Assembly (NCBI GenBank): GCA_964536865.1 | Contig: CAZHYN010000001.1 | Coordinates: 97,824-161,823 of the forward strand | Direction: 5' to 3' | Length of the DNA: 64,000 nucleotides | Source of the DNA: an uncultured Planctomycetia bacterium | Lineage (GTDB): Bacteria; Omnitrophota; Gorgyraeia; Duberdicusellales; 4484-171 | The notes under the pieces: model-generated | Databases searched by the model: none | What the model was told of the DNA's origin: nothing | The model's input: the letters and a program-made list of their open reading frames with translations, nothing else | Program-made: the position numbers and the translations under genes | Shown: one piece after another, positions 55,032-64,000 of the stretch | Position numbering within the stretch: position 1 is the first letter of the stretch | Layout of the letters: the number at the start of each line of letters is the position of its first letter

Positions 55032-58000
55032 ATTTGCCTCAATTTGCTGTAAGGCGACCTTACACAGTTTTAATGATATTTCTGGCAATCTTTCTTATAG
55101 GCATTGTCTCTATATTTAAATTAAGAATTGACCTTTTACCAGAAATTGAACCTCCTGTAATTTCAGTTTTAGTTCCCTATCCAGGAGCTTCAGCTTCAGA
55201 TGTGGAATCAGATGTAGTCAAATACTTAGAAGATAAACTTTCTACAGTTCCCAATTTAGATGAACTAAATTCTTTAGCAAAAGATAATTTAGGAATGGTT
55301 TCCTGCAAATTTAAGTGGGGCACAAACTTAGATGTTGCCTCAAACGATATAAGAGACAAACTGGATTTAGCCAAATGGGATATAAAAGAACATGCTCCTG
55401 ATGCAGAAGAACCGATTTTGTTTAAGTTTTCCTCAGCCACTGCTCCCATTATGGCAATTACAATTTCGGCACCTTCTTCCTGGCCCCAGCTTTACAGGAT
55501 AGTAGATAAAAAGGTTGCCGATAGCTTAAAAAGGACAAAAGGTGTGGGAGCAGTAATGATTTATGGAGGACTTCGCCGTCAGATAAAGGTAGAGTTAGAT
55601 TGGCAAAAAATAAAAGCTTATAATATCCCTCTTTCTTTGATTATTCAGAGATTAAGAGAAGAAAACCTTGATTTTCCTTTAGGAAAAATAAAAAAAGGAA
55701 AGCGTGATTATTTTTTAAGAATAAAGAAGCGTTTTAAAAATCCACAAGAAATAAAAAATATCTTGATTACTCAATATAAAGAGAAACCTGTTTATTTAAA
55801 AGATATAGCCAAGGTAAGTGATGATTTTGAAGAGGACAAAATGAAAGGATATTGTAATGGCAAGAAGGCAATTATTTTAATTGTTCAGAAGCAGTCAGGC
55901 AAAAATACAGTTGAAGTCTGCAACAACATTAAAAAGACATTAAAAAAAGTTAAAAAGTTTCTACCTAAAGATGCAGAAATCACCATCCCTATGGATTCTT
56001 CAGAATTTATTCTTATGGCAATAAAAAATTTAGCCAAAACTGTAGTTACTGCTGGAATTTTGGTAGTTATTGTCACTCTGCTTTTTTTAAGAAGACTGAG
56101 AGCATCTTTAATAATCTCTTTAACTATCCCTTTTTCTTTAATCTGTGCTTTTATCTTCTTATTCTTAGGTGGTTTTACAATCAATGTTATGTCCTTGATG
56201 AGTTTAGCAATTGCTATTGGAATGGTGGTGGATAATGCCATTGTTGTTTTAGAAAATATTACCCGCCATATTGAGGAAGACCAAAAACCACATGAGGCAT
56301 CTGTTTTTGCATCTGGTGAGGTAGGAGGAGCTATCTTTGCCTCAACCTTAACTACAATTTGTGTATTTGTTCCTTTAATTTTTGTAACGGGACTGGCAGG
56401 TATTATGTTCAAGCAATTAGGAGCAGTTGTCTCAATTACTATTTTTTCTTCTCTTTTTGTAGCCTTAACTTTAACTCCGATGTTAGCTTCCAAATGGATT
56501 AAAAAAGAAACATATACTGAGAAAAATAAACTTTCTAAATTTTATCTTTTGGGAGAAAAGTTTTTTAAAAATATCGAAGCTTTTTATGTAAAGATTTTAG
56601 ATTATGCACTTTCTCATAAAAAGAAAATTTTAACTTCTCTTATAATAATATTTTTTGTAAGTATTTTTTTAGCTCGTTTTATCGGTCAGGATTTATTCCC
56701 TGATGTAGATACAGGAGATATAGATATAATGTTCAGATTGAATGAATCAGCAAGGATTGAGGAAACAGATAAGATTTTAAAAAAGATTGGAAAGATTTAT
56801 GAAGAGTTGGTTCCAGAAAGAAAATCCTATTATGCTTTTGCTGGTGAATCTGAGAAAGGGATTGGTGTTGCTTTAGGGTTTGAGGAAGGTCCAAATGTGG
56901 GTGAAGTGGGAGCAAAACTTGTTCCCAGAACTGAAAGAAAAAAAAGGGTTTATGAGATTGCTGATATTTTGCGAAAAAAGATTGAAAAAATTGCTGGTAT
57001 TGAAAAATTAAAAGTAATTGCTACCACTCCTATAAAACAGATGCTTATGGCAGGTAAAGGGAAGATTGAGGTGGAATTGATAGGTTCAGATTTAGATAAA
57101 CTGCAAAAGTATGCAGAAAAATTGGAAAAAGAGATGAAAAAAATTCCTGGAGTAGTAGATGTAAGAAGTTCATTTAAAAGACCAAGATTAGAATTACATA
57201 TAGATATCGATAGAGAAAAAGCAAATCTTTTAGGAGTAAATACAGCTATTTTAGCATCTGGTTTGCGAACTTATTTTTACGGGTATGAGGCTACAAAGTT
57301 CAGAGAAGCAGGAGATGATTTTGATATATTTTTGCAGTTAAAGGAAAAACAACGGTACAGTCTGGATGATTTAGGAGAGATTCCTGTGCCTACAATGAGT
57401 GGTAAACTTGTTAAGTTAAAGACTTTTGCTAAGGTTAATATGGGGTTAGGGCCTGTAGAGATTAAGCGTAAAAACAGGGAGAGAATTATAAGTGTAGGGT
57501 GCGATACTTATAAAAGAGCAATGAGTGATATTAAAAAAGATATTGAGAAGGTAATAAAAAAGTTAAATATACCTAAGGATATTGGGGTAAATTTTGGAGG
57601 ACAGGTTGAGGAACAAAAGAAAGCTTTTGGTGATTTAGGTGTTTTATTGTTGATAGGAATGATTTTAGTTTATATGGTAATGGTTGGACAATTTGAGTCC
57701 TTAAAGACTCCTTTCATAATCTATTTTTCTGTTCCTTTTGCCTTTGTAGGAGTAATCTGGACACTTCTTCTGACAGGAACTCATTTTTCTATAGTAACAT
57801 TTATGGCAGTTATTATGCTTGTAGGTGTTGTAGTAAATAACGCTATAGTTTTGGTTGATTATACAAATATTTTAAGGGCAAGGGGACTAAATTTATTTGA
57901 GGCAATAAAGCTTGCTGGAAGGCACAGGCTTCGCCCTGTTTTAATGACTTCTTTCACCACAATTTTTGGTATGCTTCCTTTGGCTTTAGGAAGGGGACAG

Positions 58001-58117
58001 GGAGGAGAAATCTGGCAGGCATTTGGGATTACACCTATTGGAGGGCTTCTTTTATCAAGTTTAGTTACCTTAGTTTTAGTTCCTATAATCTATTCAATTT
58101 TCCATAAAGAAAAATAA
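55028..58117 (+). CDS. RND family efflux transporter (AcrB/CzcA-like), 12 TM
   Basis: 1029 aa. Typical N-terminal TM1 plus large periplasmic loops, duplicated halves, conserved GMVVDNAIVVLENI and VNNAIVLVDY motifs. Confidence 0.9.
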   Translation: MNLPQFAVRRPYTVLMIFLAIFLIGIVSIFKLRIDLLPEIEPPVISVLVPYPGASASDVESDVVKYLEDKLSTVPNLDELNSLAKDNLGMVSCKFKWGTNLDVASNDIRDKLDLAKWDIKEHAPDAEEPILFKFSSATAPIMAITISAPSSWPQLYRIVDKKVADSLKRTKGVGAVMIYGGLRRQIKVELDWQKIKAYNIPLSLIIQRLREENLDFPLGKIKKGKRDYFLRIKKRFKNPQEIKNILITQYKEKPVYLKDIAKVSDDFEEDKMKGYCNGKKAIILIVQKQSGKNTVEVCNNIKKTLKKVKKFLPKDAEITIPMDSSEFILMAIKNLAKTVVTAGILVVIVTLLFLRRLRASLIISLTIPFSLICAFIFLFLGGFTINVMSLMSLAIAIGMVVDNAIVVLENITRHIEEDQKPHEASVFASGEVGGAIFASTLTTICVFVPLIFVTGLAGIMFKQLGAVVSITIFSSLFVALTLTPMLASKWIKKETYTEKNKLSKFYLLGEKFFKNIEAFYVKILDYALSHKKKILTSLIIIFFVSIFLARFIGQDLFPDVDTGDIDIMFRLNESARIEETDKILKKIGKIYEELVPERKSYYAFAGESEKGIGVALGFEEGPNVGEVGAKLVPRTERKKRVYEIADILRKKIEKIAGIEKLKVIATTPIKQMLMAGKGKIEVELIGSDLDKLQKYAEKLEKEMKKIPGVVDVRSSFKRPRLELHIDIDREKANLLGVNTAILASGLRTYFYGYEATKFREAGDDFDIFLQLKEKQRYSLDDLGEIPVPTMSGKLVKLKTFAKVNMGLGPVEIKRKNRERIISVGCDTYKRAMSDIKKDIEKVIKKLNIPKDIGVNFGGQVEEQKKAFGDLGVLLLIGMILVYMVMVGQFESLKTPFIIYFSVPFAFVGVIWTLLLTGTHFSIVTFMAVIMLVGVVVNNAIVLVDYTNILRARGLNLFEAIKLAGRHRLRPVLMTSFTTIFGMLPLALGRGQGGEIWQAFGITPIGGLLLSSLVTLVLVPIIYSIFHKEK

Positions 58118-59037
58118 TGTTTTATGATTATTCTTTTAAAAAAGAATACAGAAAAAAGCTTTTAAAGGAGAACAAAAGATTTAAAGAATACATAATAGAA
58201 TTTGAAAGTCCTTTTAAAAAATATCCTGATAAAGCTTGTGGTTTCTTATTTCTTCCTCATCAATTAAAAACAAAAAAAGCTTTAATCTTTCTTCATGGCT
58301 CAGGTAGTTATCACTTTGGCTTCTTTAAAAATTTTTCCTTACTCTTTTCCCAAAAAGGCATTCCTACATTTTTCATAATTTTACCCTTCCATTATCTGCG
58401 AAAAAAAGAAAAGAACAATTTTTTCAGTGATAATCTATTTGAAATTTTTGATAGTTTCCGTCAGGCAGTAATTGATACAAGGGCTTCTCTTGACTGTTTA
58501 GAAAAAGAAGGTTTCTTAGAAGATTTTTCTATTTTGGGGATAAGTTTGGGAGGTATGATTGCTACCATTGTATCTGCAGTTGATGAAAGAATTAAAAAAG
58601 CAATTTTGATAAATACAGGTGGAGGATTTTTTTATATTGTCTGGGAAAGTCTTTTGCCTTTTTTAAGAAAAAATTATAAAAGAACCCATCATCTTTATGG
58701 GTGTAATAAGGAAAGGTGTCAGAAGATTTACAGTTTTCATAAAGAATTTGTCAAAGAATTAAAAGATATAAGTTTACTGGGAAAAATTAAACCTGAAAAA
58801 GAGTGTTTTTTATTTGACCCTTTAAGTTTTTGCCATCTTTTAAAAGAAAAAGTAAAAGTAATCCTTTTCTTTTCTTCGTTTGATGAGATAATCCCTAAAA
58901 AAGCACAGAAGATTTTTGAAGAAGCCTTAGGATATCCACCTAAATACACTCTTTCTGGCGACCATTTTTTATCCTTAATTTTAAACAAGAAAAAAATCAT
59001 AAATATTTCTTCCCAATTTTTGTTGAATGATAATTAA
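58117..59037 (+). CDS. alpha/beta hydrolase fold protein
   Basis: GxSxG nucleophile elbow (GISLGG). C-terminal D/H candidates. Confidence 0.5.
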   Translation: MFYDYSFKKEYRKKLLKENKRFKEYIIEFESPFKKYPDKACGFLFLPHQLKTKKALIFLHGSGSYHFGFFKNFSLLFSQKGIPTFFIILPFHYLRKKEKNNFFSDNLFEIFDSFRQAVIDTRASLDCLEKEGFLEDFSILGISLGGMIATIVSAVDERIKKAILINTGGGFFYIVWESLLPFLRKNYKRTHHLYGCNKERCQKIYSFHKEFVKELKDISLLGKIKPEKECFLFDPLSFCHLLKEKVKVILFFSSFDEIIPKKAQKIFEEALGYPPKYTLSGDHFLSLILNKKKIINISSQFLLNDN

Positions 59038-59089
59038 AAACCATATTTTTGCCCCTGGGGTGGAAATGGTAGAAAAGTAGGAGGGAAAA

Positions 59090-59380
59090 ATGAAATTGGT
59101 GATTATCTGTTATAACATTGCTATTGGTGAGGAGGTATTAGAGGTTTTAGAAGAGTTAGAAATTAAAAGTTATACAAGGTTTAAAGAGGCACAAGGAGTG
59201 GGTAGATTAAGTGGACCTCATTTAGGTAATCATATCTGGCCAGCAATAAATTCAGTTTTGATGGTAGCTTTAGATGAGGATAAAAAAGATGAACTTATTG
59301 AGAAAATAAAAGAATTGCGAAAAAAATTAGGAAAAGAAGGTATAAAAGCATTTGTTTTACCAGTTGAGGAAATTACATAA
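59090..59380 (+). CDS. small PII-like/DUF3240-like protein associated with the efflux operon
   Basis: 96 aa with ferredoxin-like betaalphabeta pattern. Placement next to RND genes is typical of DUF3240. Confidence 0.3.
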   Translation: MKLVIICYNIAIGEEVLEVLEELEIKSYTRFKEAQGVGRLSGPHLGNHIWPAINSVLMVALDEDKKDELIEKIKELRKKLGKEGIKAFVLPVEEIT

Positions 59381-59467
59381 TAATGTGAAAAAATAATTTC
59401 CTTGACATTTTGATAGAGAGTGTTATTATCAATAAAATAGTTAGGTATACGAAGTATTTTTTTAAAA

Positions 59468-59935
59468 ATGAGGAAGAAAAAAGAATTATATAATTATATT
59501 TTCCGCCTGGATAATCTGCTTCCTGTTTTAATTAAACATTTTCAAATTCCTCAACCACATAAATTACTTGGAATTAAAATTACTCTTCAGCAGTATCTTG
59601 CCTTAAATATGTTAATCAAAAAAGGCAGGTGCATGGTTTCGGATTTAAGTAAAAATTTAGGCGTTGCTTTAAGCACAATGACAGAATTGGTTGATCGCTT
59701 GGCAAAAAAGCAATTTGTTAAAAAGATTAAGGATTTAAAAGATCGTCGTATAGTATGGATTAATCTGACTGAAAAAGGAACAAAGATTATCCAAGAGATA
59801 AATAGGAAAAAGCAGAAATATATCTTAAATGTTCTTGAAAAATTAACAGAAAAGGAAAGAAAGCTTTTAATTGATATACTGGAGAGAATCTCCCAGGTTG
59901 CTAAAAGAATAGAGATGAAGGGTATGAGGATTTAA
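59468..59935 (+). CDS. MarR family transcriptional regulator
   Basis: wHTH (LTLQQYLALNMLIKKGRCMVSDLSKNLGVALSTMTELVDRLAKK). Confidence 0.75.
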   Translation: MRKKKELYNYIFRLDNLLPVLIKHFQIPQPHKLLGIKITLQQYLALNMLIKKGRCMVSDLSKNLGVALSTMTELVDRLAKKQFVKKIKDLKDRRIVWINLTEKGTKIIQEINRKKQKYILNVLEKLTEKERKLLIDILERISQVAKRIEMKGMRI

Positions 59936-59961
59936 CTTATTCTTTCAGGAAAGGAGGCAGG

Positions 59962-61383
59962 ATGAATTTTAAAGAGAAGATAGAAAGAGAAATAATAAAA
60001 AATATTTTAAAAATGCTTCCTCGTATGTCAGAGAAAAATTTAATAAGAGCTACTTATCTGGTGGAGAAACTTCCTCAAGATGAAGGAATAAGAAAAGCAG
60101 TAAAAATTGTAAGAGAATATTTTGAAAAAGGGCACCCTTCTGTGAAACTGGCAAAAAGAATCTGGGGTGAGCTACATCCCAACTGCTTAAACAAACTTGT
60201 GGAGAATTTCTTTATCAATGCCTGTTTTATTTCTGACAGAATAAGAAGAGAGATTGAGGAAAAAGAAGGTTTTCATATCCCCTGGTTTTTTGTTATCTCT
60301 CCTACAATGAAATGTAACCTGCATTGCCGGGGCTGTTCTGTAGAAAGTTATAAAAAAGATGAGGATTTGCCAAAAGAGATATGGGATAGAATATTAGATG
60401 AAGCACAATCCTTGGGAATCTATTTTATCACTGTTCAGGGAGGAGAGACATTTGTAAGAAAAGATATGTTAGATATTTATGCCTCACATCCAGATATGTA
60501 TTTTCAGGTTTATTCTAACGGGACTTTAATTGATAAAAAAATGGCAGAAAGACTGCAGGAGTTGGGAAATGTTGAGATAAATTTATCTGTGGAAGGATTT
60601 GAGAAAGAGACAGATTCAAGAAGAGGAAAAGGTGTATGGCGTAAGGTAATGGAGGCAATGGACAATTTAAGAGAGGCAGGGGTGATGTTTGGTTTCTCTG
60701 TCACCCAGACCCGTTATAATACTGATATAATTACTTCTGATGAGTTTTTTAAGCTAATGGTAGAGAAAGGTTGCTATATTGGATGGTTTTTCCACTATAT
60801 CCCTTTAGGAAAAGACCCGGATTTAGGTTTGGTGCCTCTGCCATCTCAGAGAAATAAGTTAAGAGAAAAGTTAAAAGAGGTAAGAGAAACCCTTCCTTTA
60901 TTTGTGGGAGATTTCTGGAATGATGGTCCTTTTGTTCAGGGATGTATTGCTGGAGCTCGTCAGTATTGTCATATAAATCATAGAGGAGATGTTGAGGCTT
61001 GCGCATTTTGCCATTTTGCTGTGGATAATATAAAAAGTGGTAAAAGTCTAAAAGAGATTTTCAACTCCCCATTTTTTAAAGAGATGCGCGAAAGAATTCA
61101 GTGGGAAGAGGCCTCCTGCCCCTACAGTGATAATCTTTTAACTCCTTGCCAGATAATTGACCAGCCTTGGGTTTTAAGAGAACTGGTAGAGAAACACAAC
61201 GCTTACTCTACCGATGGAGCAGGTGATGTTTTATTAAAAGGAAAAGCAGCAAGGTTTTTAGATGAATACAGCAGGCAAATCCATGCTCTTTATGATAAAA
61301 TCTGGGAGGAAGACTCTTATTATAAAGAAATAAGAGAAAATATAAGAGAGAAAAGAAAAAGACTTTTTGCTAAGGTAGAATAA
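59962..61383 (+). CDS. radical SAM/SPASM domain protein
   Basis: CNLHCRGCS radical SAM cluster. C-terminal Cys-rich SPASM-like region (CHINHRGDVEACAFCHF...CPY). Confidence 0.7.
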   Translation: MNFKEKIEREIIKNILKMLPRMSEKNLIRATYLVEKLPQDEGIRKAVKIVREYFEKGHPSVKLAKRIWGELHPNCLNKLVENFFINACFISDRIRREIEEKEGFHIPWFFVISPTMKCNLHCRGCSVESYKKDEDLPKEIWDRILDEAQSLGIYFITVQGGETFVRKDMLDIYASHPDMYFQVYSNGTLIDKKMAERLQELGNVEINLSVEGFEKETDSRRGKGVWRKVMEAMDNLREAGVMFGFSVTQTRYNTDIITSDEFFKLMVEKGCYIGWFFHYIPLGKDPDLGLVPLPSQRNKLREKLKEVRETLPLFVGDFWNDGPFVQGCIAGARQYCHINHRGDVEACAFCHFAVDNIKSGKSLKEIFNSPFFKEMRERIQWEEASCPYSDNLLTPCQIIDQPWVLRELVEKHNAYSTDGAGDVLLKGKAARFLDEYSRQIHALYDKIWEEDSYYKEIRENIREKRKRLFAKVE

Positions 61384-61512
61384 AAAAATAAATTTAGGCA
61401 AGATATTTTTAAAAGTTGTCTGTCTGCCCCACAAAACAAGAAGAAATTTTGCCTGATTTATAAGGAAATCAGACAAAAGTAGTACACTAATATGTCAAGA
61501 GGAGGTGAATTT

Positions 61513-61809
61513 ATGCAGGATTTTTTAAAAAAAGTATTCAATTTGGGTTTAGGGGTTTTTAGTGTAACTAAGGAGAAAGTAGAAGAAATTGTAAAGGAGT
61601 TGGTTAAAAAAGGTGAAGTCGGTCAGGAGGAAGGTAAAAAATTAGTCAATGAATTGCTGGAGAAAGGAGAAAAAAGCAGGAAAGAATTAGAAGCTCAGAT
61701 TGAAAAAATAGTTAAAGGTATAGTAGAAAGATTAGATTTAGCAACACGTAAAGAATTAAATGAGCTTAAATCTGAAATAGAACAATTAAAGGAAAAGTTG
61801 GATAAGTAA
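61513..61809 (+). CDS. phasin-family coiled-coil protein
   Basis: Start at the ATG behind GGAGGTG. C-terminal ATRKELNELKSEIEQLKEKL typical of the phasin family. Confidence 0.5.
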   Translation: MQDFLKKVFNLGLGVFSVTKEKVEEIVKELVKKGEVGQEEGKKLVNELLEKGEKSRKELEAQIEKIVKGIVERLDLATRKELNELKSEIEQLKEKLDK

Positions 61810-61826
61810 GAAGAAAATTAAATTTA

Positions 61827-63494
61827 ATGCTTCCAGGCATTGCCCAGAAGATTCATAATATTCAAAGATTACACCAGATACTTCAGGTTCTCATCACGTA
61901 TGGTTTTGGCTATATAGTTGACCGTTTAAATATTAAAAGAAGATTTATTAAATTTAAACCTCTCAAGAAGCCAGATGTATCCAGCCGACCTCTCCCCGTT
62001 AGAGTTCGCAAGGTATTAGAGGAACTGGGACCTACATTTATTAAATTAGGTCAGATATTAAGCACACGTCCTGACCTTATCCCATTAGAATTTTGTAAGG
62101 AATTTGAGAAATTGCAGGATGAAGCTCCTATTATTGAATATGAGAAAGTAAAAGCGCAAATTGAGAATGAACTTAAACATCCTATAAATAAAATATTTAG
62201 TAATTTTTCTTCCCAACCTATAGCAGCAGCTTCTTTAGCACAGGTGCATTTAGCAGAATTGAAAACAGGCAGAAAGGTTGTTGTAAAAGTTCAAAGACCC
62301 AATATAAAAAAAGTAATTATCACTGACTTAGAGATTTTATATGGATTAGCTAAACTGGGAGAAAAGTATATTAAAGAAAGTCAAATCTATAATCCTGTAG
62401 GAGTGGTAGAAGAGTTTAAAAAAACAATTCTGAAAGAGATAGATTTTAATATAGAAGCAAATAATATTGAAAGATTCCGAAGAAATTTTAAGGATGATGA
62501 CACAGTGTATGTTCCTCAAGTTTTTCGGGATTTATCAACAGCAAAAATCTTAACTATAGAAAGAATTGAAGGGATAAAGATAACTGATATAGAGAGAATA
62601 GAAAAATCAGGATTGAATAGAAAACAGATAGCCATAAACGGAGCCAATGCTGTATTAAAGCAGATTTTTATTCACCGATTTTTTCATGCCGACCCTCATC
62701 CTGGCAATATATTTGTTTTAGATAACAATAGGATTGCCTTCGTAGACTATGGTATGGTAGGTCGTCTGGATGAAGAAACAAAATTTCAACTTGCCAGTAT
62801 TTTAACTGGTGTTGTTGAGCAGGATGTATCAGGAATAATTGATTCTCTTATTGTGATGGGAGCAGTAGAAGAGGCAGATATTAAGAGATTAAGTTTAGAT
62901 TTAGAAGAGCTTATGGATAGTTATTATGGGATTCCATTAAAAGAGTTAAAGATGGGTCAGTTTTTGATGGATATAATAAATGTTGTTTTGCAAAATAAAA
63001 TAAAGATACCGCCCAGTTTATTTCTTTTAAGTAAAGCATTAATAACTATTGAAGGTGTGGGGAAAAAATTAGACCCTGAGTTTAATGTGGCTCTTTGTAT
63101 AAAACCATTTGTGGAAAAATTGGTAAGAGAAAAGTATAGTCTTAAGAGGATAGCAAAAGAGTTGAAGAAATTTACAAAAGAATTGTATGTTTTTACAAGT
63201 TCATTACCGAAAGATTTAAGCTTAATTTTCAATAAGATAAAGAAAGGAAACTTAAAAGTAGAATTTGAGCACAAAGGCTTAAAAAACTTCATACTCCAGA
63301 TGGATAAGGTAAGTAATCGGATTGCTTTTAGTGTAATTATTGCTGCTTTGATTATAGGTTCTTCTATAATAATGCAGACTAATAGAGGTCCTCTGTTTTT
63401 GGGTTTTCCTGTATTGGGTATTTTTGGCTTTCTTATTGCCGGGATTTTAGGATTATGGTTAGTTATAGCAATATTGCGTTCAGGTAAATTATAA
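61827..63494 (+). CDS. ABC1/UbiB family atypical protein kinase with C-terminal TM
   Basis: Kinase-like motifs (AAASLAQVH, HADPHPGN, VDYG) and C-terminal hydrophobic helices. Confidence 0.8.
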   Translation: MLPGIAQKIHNIQRLHQILQVLITYGFGYIVDRLNIKRRFIKFKPLKKPDVSSRPLPVRVRKVLEELGPTFIKLGQILSTRPDLIPLEFCKEFEKLQDEAPIIEYEKVKAQIENELKHPINKIFSNFSSQPIAAASLAQVHLAELKTGRKVVVKVQRPNIKKVIITDLEILYGLAKLGEKYIKESQIYNPVGVVEEFKKTILKEIDFNIEANNIERFRRNFKDDDTVYVPQVFRDLSTAKILTIERIEGIKITDIERIEKSGLNRKQIAINGANAVLKQIFIHRFFHADPHPGNIFVLDNNRIAFVDYGMVGRLDEETKFQLASILTGVVEQDVSGIIDSLIVMGAVEEADIKRLSLDLEELMDSYYGIPLKELKMGQFLMDIINVVLQNKIKIPPSLFLLSKALITIEGVGKKLDPEFNVALCIKPFVEKLVREKYSLKRIAKELKKFTKELYVFTSSLPKDLSLIFNKIKKGNLKVEFEHKGLKNFILQMDKVSNRIAFSVIIAALIIGSSIIMQTNRGPLFLGFPVLGIFGFLIAGILGLWLVIAILRSGKL

Positions 63495-63495
63495 G

Positions 63496-64000
63496 ATGAG
63501 GGTTTTTAAGAAGAAAAAATTAAAAATTGGTTTAGCTTTGGGAAGTGGTGCAGCAAGAGGGTTAGCTCACATTGGGGTGGTGAAGGCGTTGATAGAAGAA
63601 GGAATTCCTATAGATTATATTTCTGGTTCAAGCATAGGTGCGCTTGTGGGAGCATATTTTGCCAGCAAAGGTGAAGTAGCAACTTTTGAAGAGATGATTC
63701 TGGGAATAGAGTGGAAAAAACTTGCTCGCCTGATAGACCCCAATTTAGTTTTTATGCTTAAAGGACTTATCCATGGTCAGAAGATTAAGGAATTGTTGCA
63801 GGTTATTATTGGAGATATTGAATTTAAAGATTTAAAAATTCCTCTGGCAGTGGTAGCCACGGATACCAATACTGGTGAAGAAGTAATAATAAAAGAAGGC
63901 TCTGTTATAGAGGCAGTGAGAGCAAGTATATCTATGCCAGCAATATTTATGCCTGTTAAATATGGCAGAAGATTTTTAATAGATGGAGGGGTAGTTAACC
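63496..64000 (+). CDS. patatin-like phospholipase, 3' end outside window
   Basis: GxGxxG oxyanion motif (GSGAARGLAH) and GxSxG (SGSSIGAL). Runs off the window end. Confidence 0.7.
   Translation, partial: MRVFKKKKLKIGLALGSGAARGLAHIGVVKALIEEGIPIDYISGSSIGALVGAYFASKGEVATFEEMILGIEWKKLARLIDPNLVFMLKGLIHGQKIKELLQVIIGDIEFKDLKIPLAVVATDTNTGEEVIIKEGSVIEAVRASISMPAIFMPVKYGRRFLIDGGVVN

Overview
AT-rich bacterial chromosomal window with about 70 genes, almost all on the + strand. The sequence falls into four parts. (1) 1-22.8 kb is a housekeeping block: membrane H+-pyrophosphatase, thioredoxin, Era, endonuclease V, RNA methyltransferase, peptidases, radical SAM and CheC-like genes. (2) A tRNA-Gln(CUG) at 22.84 kb is followed by a ~24 kb mosaic accessory/defense island (22.9-47.4 kb). 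The island contains a GIY-YIG ORF bracketed by a 20-bp duplicate of the tRNA 3' end, a candidate Panacea-type TA pair, a Fic protein and two near-identical RadC/JAB genes. It also holds three paralogous HATPase_c_4/wHTH proteins (two with an AlbA_2 N-terminus, one with DUF4062), two Xis-like HTH genes and a complete type I RM operon. A three-gene AlbA_2 / mini-PD-(D/E)XK / SIR2 insert sits between hsdM and hsdS, and a frameshifted four-helix-bundle (23S-IVS family) gene flanked by inverted repeats sits between hsdS and hsdR. Further along are gene remnants, a 6-copy iteron-like repeat around a wHTH regulator, and a ParB-HTH remnant. (3) A cobalamin riboswitch with B12 box and terminator precedes nrdD-nrdG, followed by a decayed region with a LysE-family pseudogene. 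(4) A TetR-regulated TolC/HlyD/RND efflux operon is followed by a hydrolase, MarR, a radical SAM/SPASM gene, a phasin-like gene, a UbiB kinase and a partial patatin gene. The most interesting candidate is the SIR2-containing three-gene module embedded in the type I RM operon. Recurrent junction motifs also point to cassette shuffling.
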